Assembly (NCBI GenBank): GCA_951406725.2
Contig: OX597821.1
Location: forward strand, 94,984,001-95,048,000
DNA: 64,000 bases
From: Octopus vulgaris
Taxonomy: Eukaryota
Reading direction: 5' to 3'
Shown here: piece by piece, positions 12,791 through 26,640 of the stretch
Layout: each line of letters opens with the position of its first letter
Numbering within the stretch: the first letter of the stretch is position 1
Translations under genes and position numbers: made by a program
The notes under the pieces: model-generated
The model's input: the letters and a program-made list of their open reading frames with translations, nothing else
Databases searched by the model: none
What the model was told of the DNA's origin: nothing

Positions 12791-12930
12791 CGACAGTAGC
12801 AATAATAGCAACAATAGACAGAGGACAACAGAAATATGCATAACGATAACGACTTATAAAATATATGTATTAGCAACAACACCAACAATAATAACGGTTA
12901 TTGTATTAACAAGAATGCTAGCAGCAACAG
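12580..12930. repeat. (CAA)n-rich low-complexity tract
   Basis: Seen directly in the sequence. Confidence 0.85.
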
Positions 12931-13354
12931 GAGGCAGAGAACAAGACCAACTAAAATAGAATTATCAATAAAATAATAGTAATCGTTTTTTATCTTTGGA
13001 ACAAGGCCTGAAATTGTGTGTGAAAGATGGGAAGGGTGGTCAGTTAAATCTACCTCAGAATTTGTCTGGTATTTTATTTTATCGACTAATGAAGAATACA
13101 GGGTATGTTTGCCTTTTGTGGAATTATAAATCAGAACGTAAAACGCTGGATGAAATACTTTTTAAGACTTTTTTACTCTTTTACTTGTTTCTATCGGCCA
13201 GCTTCCCTCGATTTCTGCTCTTCGTGTTTTTCTGTAGCGAGTAAATAATATGTGGAAATTGACGATTTAAAAGTCTGTTAACAGCATATTGGCATAGAAA
13301 TAATTTTCTTTAGCCCTTATTTATAAGTTATATATATATATATATATACATATA

Positions 13355-13490
13355 TACAACGAGCTTCTTTCAGTTTCCGCCTACCAAATCCACTCACAAG
13401 GCTTTAGTCGGCCCGAGACTATAGTAGAAGACTGAACCCGGAACCATGTGGTTCGTAAGCAAGCTACTTACCACAAAGCCACTCCTACGC
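13355..13490 (-). mobile_element. SINE family B 5' fragment
   Basis: Matches the family B head. Confidence 0.75.
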
Positions 13491-15345
13491 GAACGATTTT
13501 GCCGACCTACCATCTTAACACCTGTAATATTCTTTCTGCTATAGACACAAAGACTGGAATGTGTTTTAAGAAAAAGACGCTAGTATTCATCTGGTATTTA
13601 TTTTATCGACCTTGACAGGAAGAAAGGCAAAGTCGATCTCAGCGGAATCTGAGTTCAGAAGGTAAAGCTGGAAGAAATGCGACAAAGCACTTTCTCCGAA
13701 ACTTAGTGATTCTGCCGGCTCTTTGCCTTAAACAGCAACAACATTGATTTCAAATTTTGGCACAGAACCAGCAACTTCGCGGGAGGGGATAAGTTGAATA
13801 GATCGACCCACAGTGTTCAATTGGGACTTCTTTTATCAATGCCGAAAGGGTGAAATGTATTGTCGATTTCTACGGTATTTGACTTCAGAACCTAAAGATG
13901 GACGAAATGCTGCAACTGATACTTATTTTATCGACACCAAAAGGATGAAAGGCAAAGTTGACCTCGGCGGAATTTGAACTCAGAACGTAAAATCGTACGA
14001 AATGCCGCTATGCGTTTTGCCCCGCGTGCTACCGATTTTGCCAGCTCACCGCCCTAAACAGTAACAATTCTTATTTCTTTATTGCCCACAAGGGGGTTAA
14101 ACGTAGAGGGGACAAACAAGGATAGACAAAGGGATTAAGTCGATTGCATCGACCCCAGTGCGTAACTGGTACTTGTTTAATCGACCCCGAAAGGATGAAA
14201 GGCAAAGTCGACCTCGGCGGAAAAACATTCTTTTCTACTCTAGGCACAAGGCCCGAAATTTGGGGGTAAGGTGCTAGTCGATTAGATCAACCCCAGTACG
14301 CAACTGGTACTTAATTTATCGACCACGAAAGGATGAAAGGCAAAGTCGACCTCGGTGGAAAGGTATTCGTTTTTAATCAAGGCTCAATGCCCGAAATTTG
14401 ATGGAGAGGGTTCCAGTCGATTAGATCGACCCCTGTATGCAACCGGTACTTAATTTGTCGACCCCGAAATGATGAAAAGCAAAATCGACCTCGGCGAAAT
14501 TTGAACTCAGAACATAAAGACAGTCGAAATACCTATTTCTTTACAACCCACAAGGGGCTAAACACAGAGAGGACAAACAAGGACAGACAAACGGATTAAG
14601 TCGACTATATCGACCCCAATGCGTAACTGGTACTTATTTAATCGACCTCGAAAGGATGAAAGGCGAAGTCGACCTCGGCGGAATTTGAACTCAGAACGTA
14701 ACCGCACACGAAATACCGCTGAGCATTTCGTTCGGCGCGCTAATGTTTCTGCCAGCTCGTTGCCTTCTAAACAGTAACAAAATTAACAACAAGAAAGGCA
14801 CCGATCTGGCAGAATTGTTAGCATGCCGGGTAAAATGCTTATTGGTATTTCGTCTGCCGCTACGTTCTGAGTTCAAATTCCGCCGAGGTCGATTTTGCCT
14901 TTCATCCTTTCGGGGTCGATTAAATAAGTACCAGTTACGCACTGGTGTCAATATAATCGACTTAATCCGTTTGTTTGTCCTTGGTTGTCCTCTCTGTGTT
15001 TAGCCCCTTGTGGGTAGTAAAGACATAGGTATTTCGTCTGTCTTTACGTTCTGAGTTCAAATTCCGCTGAGGTCGACTTTGCCTTTCATCCTTTCGGAGT
15101 CGACAAATTAAGTACCGGTTGTGTATTGGGGCCGATCTAATCGACTGACCCCCTCCCAAAAAATTTCGGGCCTTGTGCCTAGAGTAGAAAAAAATTGTTA
15201 GCTCACCGGATAAAATAATTAGCGGCTTTTCTTCCGATTCTTTGCGTTCTGTGTTTGCGTTCGATAAAATGAGTACCACTTGAGCACTGGGATCGATTTA
15301 CCCCTCCTTTCAAAGTTGCTGACCTTAGTGCCAAATTTAGAAGGA
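13490..15345. mobile_element. Cluster of about 9 SINE family C copies or fragments (head GGCGGCGAGCTGGCAGAAACGTTAGC; core GACTTTGCCTTTCATCCTTTCGGGGTCGATAAA, resembling the Meta/MESC SINE domain); minus strand to ~14765, plus strand from ~14797
   Basis: Repeated core motif and B-box-like GAGTTCAAATTCC. Confidence 0.88.
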
Positions 15346-15349
15346 ATAT

Positions 15350-15720
15350 TGGTAAGAAATTTGCTTCCTAGCCACATGGTTCCGGGTTCAGTACCGCTTC
15401 CGGGTACTTTGGGTAAATGTCTTCTACTATAGCTACGTGCTGATCCAAATCCTTGGATGGAAACTATAAAGAAGCCCTCTATACATATCTATACATACCT
15501 ATATTCGTTTCTTTGCGTATATGTTTGCCCTCTTCACCGCTTAATAACCGGCGTTGGATTGTTTACATCCCCGTAACCTGGCGGATCGGTAAAAGAGACC
15601 GATAGAATAAGTACCAGACTTTAAAAATAAGTATTGGGGTCGATTTGTTCGACTAAACCTGCAAGGGGTGAGGGTGCCCATCATGGCCATAGTCCAATGA
15701 CTGAAACTATAAAAGTACAA
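15350..15720 (+). mobile_element. SINE family B, diverged
   Basis: Similarity to the family B body and tail. Confidence 0.75.
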
Positions 15721-15741
15721 AAGAAGAACAGCAGCAGTGAA

Positions 15742-16085
15742 GACCCAATGGTTAGGGCAGCGGACTCGCGGTTGGAGGATCGCGGTTTCGATTCCCAGAC
15801 CGGCCGTTGTGTGTGTGTTTATTGAGCGAAAACACCTAAAGCTCCACGAGGCTCCGGCAGAGGGGGGGGGGCGACCCCTGTAGTACTCTTTCGTTCCAAC
15901 TTTCACTCTTTCTTCCTGTTTCTTGTCCCCGACTTCCTACGCAACCGCTGAGCCTGGATGCGCATTCAGCCAACTGTCGATGCTCTCGGTGTCGGGGGTT
16001 GACCTGCTTTCGCTTCTGCAGGTCTTACGAATAGAAACGCACCACGTTTCGGACTTCTCCCACTACGGACGAAGACCGTTCAACA
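15742..16085 (+). mobile_element. SINE with family A head and an alternative 3' tail
   Basis: First ~180 bp match the 4136 copy; the remainder differs and ends in (CAA/CAG)n. Confidence 0.8.
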
Positions 16086-16224
16086 GCAACAGCAGCAGCA
16101 GCAGTAATAACAGAAGACAACAAACAACAGTAACAGTATAAAACAATAACAACAATAATCTCAATGATGATAAGAACTACCTTAATACAAACAGCAATAA
16201 CAAGAGATTTCTACAAAGTTGCAT

Positions 16225-16405
16225 AACCTGCTAGAAAGAGCAGCCAAATCTCATCAGTTTCTAACCGACCGTCTTATAAAAAGACACACCACTTAAGTCA
16301 ATGTAAACGTACGTGTGCTGAAAAAAAGACGGGATGGACATGGTTGGAATGTCTTTGATTGCAGAGTTGCGAAATTCGGATTGACTTGGGGGCTAATCAA
16401 CAACC
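16225..16405 (+). mobile_element. Old interspersed repeat, family E (CTAGAAATAGCAGCCAAAT...GGATGGTCATGGTTGGAATG)
   Basis: Related pieces at ~16470, 23765(-), 24545(-), 27080(-), 43450-43800, 60810-60970(-). Confidence 0.6.
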
Positions 16406-16664
16406 ATAGTAACAACAACGACAATAACAACAACAGCTATAAGCAGCAACGGAAGTAGATCCGATGAAGGGGCCTCTGAGTGATCGTTCGATATACTAAA
16501 AATAGCAGTCAAATCAACCTTGAATCAAACCCTACTAAGAAAAGCAACTAAACATTACATTATATAGTCTGAGTTACAATATGCGTAAAGATAAGTAGGG
16601 GTGGTTACGGTTAAGTTCCTTTTAATCACAGGGTCAGTCTGGGCATGAAAAACAATAACAATAG

Positions 16665-17070
16665 CGAGGAGTGGCTGTGTGGTAAGTAGCTTGCTAACCA
16701 ACCACATGGTTCCGGGTTCAATCCCACTGCGTGGCATCTTGGGCAAGTGTCTTCTGCTATAGCCCCGGGCCGACCAATGCCTTGTGAGTGGATATGGTAG
16801 ACGGAAACTGAAAGAAGCCTGTCGTATATATGTATATATATATATGTATGTGTGTGTGTGTGTTTGTGTGTCCCCCTAGCATTGCTTGACAACCGATGCT
16901 GGTGTGTTTACGTCCCCGTCACCTAGCGGTTCGGCAAAGAGACCGATAGAATAAGTACTGGGCTTACAAAAGAATAAGTCCCGGGGTCGATTTGCTCGAC
17001 TAAAGGCGGTGCTCCAGCATGGCCGCAGTCAAATGACTGAAACAAGTAAAAGAGTAAAGAGTAAAAGAGT
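16665..17070 (+). mobile_element. SINE family B, near full length
   Basis: Head to (GAGTAAAA)n tail. Confidence 0.9.
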
Positions 17071-17335
17071 ATAATCATAGGGAAGAAGAAGAAGAAGCAA
17101 ACCAGCAAATACAACAATAGCAGAGCAACACTAATGGCAATTACTAAGCCACAACAGAAGAAATAACATTTGCAACATCAACGACATCAGATGTAGCAAC
17201 AACAACAACGAACAGTGTACATACATCCAACAGCACACATATAAATAAAATGATTTTTGTGAGCTGATGATGTTAATGTTGCTAGTCAGATCACATCTTT
17301 TTTTTTTTTTTTTTTTTTTTTTTTTGTCTACGATA

Positions 17336-17610
17336 GGTGCAGGAGTGGCTGTGTGGTAAGTAGCTTGTTTACCAACAACATGGTTCCGAGTTCAGTCCCA
17401 CTGCTTGGCATCTTGGGCAAGTGTTTTTTTTACTATAGCCTCGGGCCGACCAAAGCTTTGTGAGTGGATTTGGTAGACGGAAACTGAAAGAAGCCCGTTG
17501 TATATATATATATAGGCGGTGAGCTGGCAGAAACGTTAGCAAAGGCGGCGAGCTAGCAGAAACGTTAGCACCCCGGGCGAAATGCGTAGCCGTATTTCGT
17601 CTGGTGTATG

Positions 17611-17678
<68 letters not shown>

Positions 17679-17686
17679 TGTATGTA

Positions 17687-17727
<41 letters not shown>

Positions 17728-17935
17728 TTTTGTGTGTCTGTGTTTGTCCCCCCAACATCGCTAGACAACCGATGCTGGTGTGTTTACGTCCCCGTAACTT
17801 AGCGGTTCGGCAAAAGCGACCGATAGAATAAGTACTAGGCTTACAAAGAATAAGTCCTGGAGGTCGATTTGTTCGACTAAAAGGCAGTGCTCCAGCATGA
17901 CCGCCGTCAAATGACTGAAACAAGTAAAAGAGAAA
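17336..17935 (+). mobile_element. SINE family B with nested, tandemly duplicated family C heads (17516-17603)
   Basis: Two consecutive GGCGGYGAGCTRGCAGAAACGTTAGC copies inside the internal TA tract. Confidence 0.85.
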
Positions 17936-18049
17936 GTAATAGTTGTTTGTCATAGCTACTTCACACTCCAACGAAGCAGATGGAAGAAGGAAGTGTGAAT
18001 ATGTGTTGAACAAATTCTAAATAATAAAGTTATATTATAGTATAAGAAA

Positions 18050-18810
18050 TATATTTTTTTTGAATGCGGATACTTTTTAATAGTATAGAATTGGAATCTT
18101 TACATTTGCCAAAAGTAGCTGCTACTATAATCACTGCCATTGAAATACCTACAAACGCCCTGATCAACCACCCTCGTCCTTTATAACTGAAAGCGCAATG
18201 ATTGTTTCTGACATTATAAAACTTCCAGAAGGAATATTATATATGATTCTGTTTATTTTGGCACTAAATCTAGTAATTCCTTTTACAAAAGTGCAGTCGT
18301 TATGTGCTAGAATCTGCAACAGCACAAAAATATTAACGTAGCCCAAAATTGCTGTGTTGACGATCTGAAGGAATATCTACAAAGTTGGGAAACAGCTGGA
18401 TCTAATAACAATGGTTTCAGCTCATATAAAGATGGAATTTGGCCAAAAGAACTACTCTTACAGGAAAGATTAACGAGTGAAATCTCCTTTCCAACGAAAA
18501 GCATTCACAATAATGTTTTCTGTGCCTTCTCTGTTCTACAGAACAAATATTAGAAATAGTTGGATAATAGTTAAAATGTGCTGTGAATAAAAATAGGGGG
18601 TGGGGAATACAATGATCGAAGTTTTCCTTCTAGAAGACATTACCACATAATGCATTTCTAGTACCAGTACTAATGTCAGGATTTAGCGTACACGGCCAGA
18701 TTACAGAGGAATTACTCTATTGTTATTAAGATTCGGAAGCTTACAGAGAAATACTGATATTGACAGAAGATGGCAGGGACAGCTGAAGTAAGTCCAGACA
18801 GCCTTAGAAT
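18050..18810 (-). pseudogene. Cadherin-relic segment
   Basis: VGKEISLVNLSCKSSSFG, IVNTAILGY...LQILAHND, VIKDEGG*S motifs across frameshifts. Confidence 0.55.
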
Positions 18811-18831
18811 GTCTCTCTCTTTTCTCTGTCT

Positions 18832-19054
18832 TTTACTTTCTTTTACTTGTTTCAGTCATTTGACTGCGGCCATGCTGGAGCACCGCCTTTAGTCGAGCAA
18901 ATCGACCCCGGGACTTATTCTTTGTAAGCCTAGTACTTATACTATCGGTCCCTTTTGCCGAACCGCTAAGTTACGGGGACCTAAACACACCAGCATCGGT
19001 TGTAAAGCGATGTTGGGGAGACAAACACAGACACACAGCTTATACACAAACATA

Positions 19055-19124
<70 letters not shown>

Positions 19125-19287
19125 GACGGGCTTCTTTCAGTTTCCGTCTACCAAATCCACTCACAAGGCTTTGGTCGGCCCGAGGTTATAGTAGAAGACA
19201 CTTGCCCAAGGTGCCACATTGTGGGACTGAACCCGGAACCATGTGGTTGGTAAGCAAGCTACTTACCACACAGCCACTCATACGCCT
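18832..19287 (-). mobile_element. SINE family B, full length
   Basis: Close match to other young copies. Confidence 0.9.
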
Positions 19288-19399
19288 AGTATAGTATAGT
19301 AACACTTCAGAAGTAGCTTTTAATCGACAGCAGCAAGACCCATGTTCTCATCTGTAGGAAAATCTCAGGTTTTAGGGTAGTCACTGGCTTATAGGATCG

Positions 19400-19645
19400 T
19401 TGTACCTAATCTAGTTTCAAGGCCTATAAGCATCCGAAAATACAATACTCCGCTCTGAATGTTAATCCGTCGCAGGGTTGCACACAACTTGTTGCTGGTT
19501 CCTATTTTCTGTTGAGTATACTGGAACAGCGCGAAATGAAGTGATTTGTTCAAGAACACAACTCGTCGCTCGGACTGGGAATAGAAAGCAATGCATGTAC
19601 GATCGTGAATTCAGTATCCCTAGTCAATAGGCCACACACCTCCCG
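19400..19645 (-). mobile_element. Diverged SINE related to family D
   Basis: Reverse complement of a TGTGTTCTTGAACAAATCACTT-like core and tRNA-like head. Confidence 0.55.
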
Positions 19646-19967
19646 AGCTGAAAAGATATATTAGATAAATATATAAGAAATTTCTTATGCTAAATATATT
19701 CGTGCATTTCAACACAAAGAATATTAATGGGACATTCTCGTTAAAATTTACACTAAGTAAAAACACTACAGGCCTGGACGATTCAATTATTCCTTAAGTT
19801 ACACTCTATTACCTTGAAAAGGAGAGAAAGGATACCACAAAAAATATCATAATGGTCACATCTGAAATGCTATTTATCGGTTTGCTTCATCACCGTTAAC
19901 CTGGGGTTAAATAATAACGATAGCAACTGGTTTCCTGTAACTGTTTAGGACGAAATGAAAACTATAT

Positions 19968-20353
19968 GGATGGAAGCACTCCGTCGGTTACGACGATGAG
20001 AGTTCCGGTTGATCCGAATCAACGGAACAGCCTGCTCGTGAAATTAACGTGTAAGTGGCTGAGCAATCCACAGACACGTGTACCCTTAACGTAGTTCTCG
20101 GGGATATTCAGCGTGACACAGAGAGTGACAAGGCCGGCCCTTTGAAATACAGGTACAACAGAAACAGGAAGTAAGAGTGAGAGAAAGTTGTGGTGAAAGA
20201 GTACAGCAGGAATCACCACCATCCCCTGCCGGAGCTTCGTGGAGCTTTAGGTGTTTTCGCTCAATAAACACTCACAACGCCCGGTCTGGCAATCGAAACC
20301 GCGATCCTATGACCGCGAGTCCGCTGCCCTAACCACTGGGCCATTGCGCCTCC
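19968..20353 (-). mobile_element. SINE family A, full length, TSD GAAAACTATAT
   Basis: TSD at 19957-19967 and 20354-20364. Confidence 0.92.
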
Positions 20354-20364
20354 GAAAACTATAT

Positions 20365-20650
20365 ACTCTTATGAAGATCAAATGCTCAGCAGATCTTCAG
20401 ATTTTGTTTCAAACCAGTCAAAAATGAGAGAACATTTATGGACAACTTCGAAATCTGAAACTTCTCTACACAGATTATAAATTCATATTTTTTTCCAGGT
20501 TCATTGGTGCGCTTAATTATGATATACTAAGTGTTTAAATAATAATGTTACAAATTTGAGATTGTCAAACACCGAGATCATCCAACACGAACTCAGACAT
20601 TTCAATTTGTCAGTGGAACAGTGTACAATTTCTTCTTTAAATTGAACATA
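20365..20650 (+). mobile_element. Decayed RLE-type LINE 3' fragment
   Basis: IKCSADL...ENIYGQLRNLKLLYTDYKF...IGALNY parallels the element at 30.7-31.2 kb. Confidence 0.65.
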
Positions 20651-20674
20651 TAATTTTACAACTATTTTTTCATT

Positions 20675-21058
20675 CTTTTATTCCTTTATTTATTTCAGCC
20701 ATTTGACTGTGGTCATACTGAAACATCACCTTACAGGGTTGTTTTAGTCGAAGAAATCGACCCCAGGACTTTAAACCTAGTATATTGGTCTCTTTTGCCG
20801 AACCGCTAGGCTACTGAGAGGTAAACACCAAAATCGGTTGTCAAGTGATGGTAAGGGGCCAAAGACATACAGACACACATACTCATATATATTATACGAC
20901 TGGCTTCTTTCAGTTTCCGTCCACCAAATCCACTCACAAGGTTTGGTCGGCCCAAGGCTAGAGTAGAAGACCCTTGCCCAAAGTGTCACGCAGTGGACTG
21001 AACTCGGAACCATGTGGTTGGAAAGCAAGCTTCTTACCACACAGCCACGCCTGCACCT
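20675..21058 (-). mobile_element. SINE family B, diverged
   Basis: Family similarity. Confidence 0.8.
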
Positions 21059-21059
21059 G

Positions 21060-21940
21060 AACATATACCACTATGCTCTTCGGAAACTTCTCTTCCAACC
21101 ATCTCAAAAAAAAAGGAGTATCTCGTCCATATTACTGATTGGTTCCAAGGCAAACTCGTGGCTCTTTCGTAGGTCTATTACATACCGATGGAAGGAATCA
21201 ACTTTGCTCTCTACGTCGGCGGGTAATTTCCGTACAATATGAGTCCTCTGTCTCAGTGTAAGATTGTAACGTTTCATAAACTTCGTACTCCAACCAAGTG
21301 ATGCTTTAAAGTCGGATATACCATGTTCTTTGGTCACTTGCAGAACCCGCTATCTAATGATGTTTCTCTTGACGACAAGTTCCTTCGTGCGTACTTCAGT
21401 CACCCAGTGTCTCAAAATAGGCTCCAACTCCTCATTGGGACTCATTCCTATCCTAAATTTCTTTAACGATTTGATATCAACGGATTTCATTTCTCCTCTT
21501 TCAAACGCCAATCTCGGACCATTTTTTCTGAGACCCTTAAATTATCTTTCTGCAGTTCGATTCGAATGTGACTTTGCGTAATGAACAACTTCAGGCTTGG
21601 AAGTGATATCATATAAATTCCTCTTTCTCTTCGTGCTAACAAATAACATGGCGTCGAATTAAAGAAAGATAGGTACGGTACAAAAGCAAACAAGCATTAA
21701 ACTCACTTTTTTTTAAATTGCTTATTTCATACTAACAAAATATAAAGAAATATCTAGAGATCGGCTTCGAAATTAGCGATTCGGGTTTTTTCGATTACTC
21801 CAAGTGTTAGAACTTTAGACTTGGCTTGTGCCTATAAAATATCTGAAGATTTTTTTATAGAATGCGCTTATAAGTTGCACCCCTAACATTAGGTGAAAAT
21901 TTCGGAGAAAAAAGTGCGACTTATAGCCGAGTATATACGG
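21060..21940 (-). mobile_element. pogo/Tigger-family transposon 5' part (CENP-B HTH and start of DDE_1)
   Basis: FKASLGWSTKFMKRYNLTLRQRTH...ISNMDE; terminus CCGTATATACTCGGCTATAAGTCGCAC next to TA. Confidence 0.85.
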
Positions 21941-21944
21941 TATG

Positions 21945-22480
21945 TATTTGATACATATAATTTTTTCTAGTAAGTAGACGGATGTTTTGCCAGCTGGACA
22001 ATGCTTAACTCGAAACCCGGTATGGATATTATTATACAGGTGCAACAAAAACAAAAAAATATCCCAGATACATCATTCTTGATAAAAGTTTCAACAGCAA
22101 GTTACGGAGTGCTCCATTCCAAAACAAGATGGTAGTTGCAAAAACAAAATAAAGAAGAACGCCAAACGTTAGCTACATGAAGATACAGTAATCTACCTAG
22201 CACGAGCATAGACCAAGGGCCAGCCTCATGAATAAAAGGATCAATTTCTGTGGCATCCCATAAAGGAGTTCAGATGGAATACTTGATAATCACTGTTAAT
22301 TGACACATATGAATAGGAAACGACCTGCAAGCGATTTCATTAACTGGGATTAGCGAATTAATGTTTGATCTACATATTAATCAAAAGTTGATTTGAAGAA
22401 TCAGTTTAAAAAGTTCAGTTTTAAATATAGAGGAGAAAATTAATGTCAGGTTGAACAGGAAGGTCAATATTAAACAATAA
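21945..22480 (-). pseudogene. Cadherin-relic segment
   Basis: NSLIPVNEIAC and DATEIDP motifs. Confidence 0.5.
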
Positions 22481-22499
22481 AACAATATTTTGATACATA

Positions 22500-23370
<871 letters not shown>

Positions 23371-24404
23371 ATTAATCTAAGCTGAGCTGAGGTTAACTTA
23401 ACATATTTTAGTTGCTTTGATATGAAAGTAGCACAACAGTACCAGCACCTTTTGAATATCAGCCATATGTAATGAGAAATAAAACAGCTGTCAGACATAT
23501 TGGTGGGGCGTCGCCATTTTTAGAAGGACGGGCGAATGATAAGGGGGTTTCTTTCATTTCTTTTTCTTTTTATTTATCTATTTATTTTGTCTTCTAAAAA
23601 TAGAATAACAACTTTTCACTGAGATTTTTAACATGTTTTGTGGTTTAGTCTAAGTTTGGTCTTTGCTTCTCCTCTAAGTGTTCTGATGCTGTTGGTGTTC
23701 CTATGGTTGTTGTTATTTATAATTGTTATTGTTTCTTCTTGTTGTTGTTGTTATTGCTTTTGCTCGAGTAGAACTATGATCAAAAGCATTCCAACGGTGA
23801 CCATCCTATCTTTCCTTTTTTTTCCTTTACACACACATATACTTGTGTGTGTGCATGCGTGTGTGAGTGTGTGGTGTTATTAAGTTCTGGCCGAAACTTA
23901 TCTTAGTAGATATATATATATATATATTGTGTGTGTGTGTGTGTGTGCATATACATATACATATACATATGTGCCCCTCTCTCTCTCTCTCTCTCTCTTT
24001 CTCTCTTCGTCTTCTTTTTCTCTCTCCTCCTAGATATAAAGAAAATATTTCTCCAGCGTTCGCTATTTTACCCCACTTCCGGTCTAACGACCCTCCGTGT
24101 TTGTTTTAGTTCGGTTTCCTTGTATGTCTCCACTGTCCTGCTCTTGTTCCCAACTTTGACCCTCCATAAATCTCAAATTTTATTTTGCTACTTATGGGGG
24201 CAACTGTCTTCAAAGACTCATATTGTCGTTCAATACTCGAAATAAGGAGTAGTTAGACAGCCGACAACTGATGGAGGGTCTTTCTTTGTGTTACTTTTCC
24301 TGTCTTCCATTTGTTTCTCTCGCTGTTTTGCGTATTGAACTCGTTTGTTTTCGTATTTCATGTTGTTTACTGTTGGTGACGTCCTGTACCCATATATGCA
24401 TATG

Positions 24405-24435
<31 letters not shown>

Positions 24436-24754
24436 ATGTGGGGGTAAATGATTGGGTGTTTGGGTTTGTAATGTATTTAGAACTACAGTATGCAATGTGT
24501 ACTTCGTTTGTTTGTTTTTCTAATAACGCAAAAAGATTTTGCTTCTATTTCTAGCAGGTTGAACAGCCACATGGTGAGACTTTTAGCTGCTGTTTCTAGC
24601 AATTTGAATGACCACATAACGGTTCCATGTCGGCTCATACTGTTTCAGGTCTTACTGAAAGTATGCCATTTCAACGACTCGGCAATTGAGGCATCTTTTT
24701 CTTTTTCTTTTTCTTTCTATCTTTCTTTCTTTCTTTTATACTAATAAGTCTTTC

Positions 24755-25580
24755 TACTAGCCTGAAATTGTGGGGGAGAGTGCTAGGTGAGTATCCTAGT
24801 ACTCGACTGGCACTTTATCGACCCCCGTTGACTTCTGGCAAGTTGACTTCTGCAGGATTTCAACTCAAAACGTAAAAAACGGACAAACTGCTTCGTGGCG
24901 TTTTGTCCGGTGTTCTAGTGATTCAACCAGCTCGTCACCTTACCGTTATGCTAATAATGGTTTCAAATTTTGACAGCAAATTCGGGAGAGGAGATAAGTA
25001 GATTACATTGGTTCCAGTGAGCAGCTGGTAATCTGTTAGCCGTGATCGTCTAGTGGTTGGGACCCCACGTTGTGGCCGTGGTAACCCAGGTTCGAATCCT
25101 GGTCACGGCAGCTCCGTTTCTCTTATTTCTTTTTAAGGCGGCGAGCTGGCAGAAACGTTAGCACGCCGGGCGAAATGTGTAGCCGTAGTTCGTCTGTTGT
25201 TACGTTGTGAGTTCAAATTCCGCCGAAGTCAACTTAGCCTTTCATCCTTTCGGGGTCGATAAATTAAGTACCAGTTACGCACTGGGGTCGATGTAATCGA
25301 CTTGATACCTATGTCTGTCCTTGTTTGTCCCCTCTATGTTGTGGGTAATAAAGAAATAGGTACTCATTTTATCGCTGTCGGCGAATTTTAACTCAGAACA
25401 TAAAAACGGATAAAATGCTTCGCAGCGTTTTGTTTAGGGTACAAACGAATCTGCCAGCTCACCGTCTTACCGTTATGCTAATGATGGTTTCAAATTTTGA
25501 CACAAAGCCAGCAATTTCGCGGGAGGCGATAAGCCGATTACGTCAACCCCAGTACGCAACAGGTACTTATTTTATCGACT
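24755..25580. mobile_element. Cluster of family C SINEs: old minus-strand copies plus a young plus-strand copy at 25137-25358
   Basis: Family head, core and tail motifs. Confidence 0.8.
25039..25110 (+). tRNA. trnH-GTG: tRNA-His (anticodon GTG) with an A21G change
   Basis: GCCGTGATCGTCTAGTGGTTGGGACCCCACGTTGTGGCCGTGGTAACCCAGGTTCGAATCCTGGTCACGGCA folds into a full cloverleaf; T5 terminator at 25130-25134. Confidence 0.9.
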
Positions 25581-25796
25581 CAATCATTATGCAAATAATA
25601 AATATTAATGATACCCACCTCAAATTTAGCTGGCAATGTAGTTTCCGACTTCATCACGTAAGACTTTCTCAAAGCCAATTTTACCGGTCGGTTGATCGCC
25701 GAAGCCTTTTCGAATGGATGCCGCGCTCACTTTGAGATTGCTTTATGTAGGGCGACACCAAAAGCAATAGTTATGTCAAAAGATCAATAGATCTCT

Positions 25797-26210
25797 CTTT
25801 TACTCTTTTACTCTTTTACTTGTTTCAGTCATTTGACTGCGGCCATGCTGGAGCACCACCTTTAGTCGAGCAAATCGACCCTGGGACTTATTCTTTGTAA
25901 GCCCAGTACTTATGCTATCAGTCTCTTTTTGCCGAACCGCAAAGTGACAGGGACGTAAACACACCAGCATCGGTTGTCAAGCAATGCTAGGGGGACAAAC
26001 ACACACACACAAACACTCACACACATACACACACATATATATATATACATATATACGACAGGCTTCTTTCAGTTTCCGTCTACCAAATCCACTCACAAGG
26101 CATTGGTCGGCCCGGAGATATAGCAGAAGACACTTGCCCAAGATTCCACGCAGTGGGACTGAACCCGGAACCATGTGGTTGGTTAGCAAGCTACTTACCA
26201 CACAGCCACT
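25797..26210 (-). mobile_element. SINE family B, near full length
   Basis: Family similarity. Confidence 0.9.
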
Positions 26211-26303
26211 CAGGCAAAAATCAGAGAGATTGTTGTGCAAACATTCCCCTCGGCATACTTGCTGATGTGGAAGTTTACCAATGAAGTAATTCTTAGTTAT
26301 ACA

Positions 26304-26543
26304 TTTACTCTTTTACTCTTTTACTTGTTTCAGTCATTTGACTGCGGCCATGCTAGAGCACCGCCTTTAGTTGAGCAAATCGACCCCAGGACCTATTCTT
26401 TGCAAGCCCAGTACTTACGCCGGAGCCTCGTGGAGCATAGGTGTTTTTGCTCAATAAACACTCACAATGCCCGGTCTGGGAATCGAAACCGCGTTCTTAC
26501 GACCGCGAAGCCGCTGCTCTAACCACTGGGTCATTGCGCCTCC
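26304..26543 (-). mobile_element. Fusion of a family A head (26417-26543) and a family B tail (26304-26416)
   Basis: Direct junction of the two family sequences. Confidence 0.75.
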
Positions 26544-26640
26544 ACACCAGTTGTTGCTGTCGTCGTAATTGTTGTTGTCGTCGTCATCGGTGCTGCTGCT
26601 GCAGTTTGTTATTTAGCTTTGATTTATTGAAATTATGTGA

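Noticed and set aside
24268-24290. Hammerhead at CTGATGG
   Set aside because: No stem II closure or GAAA downstream
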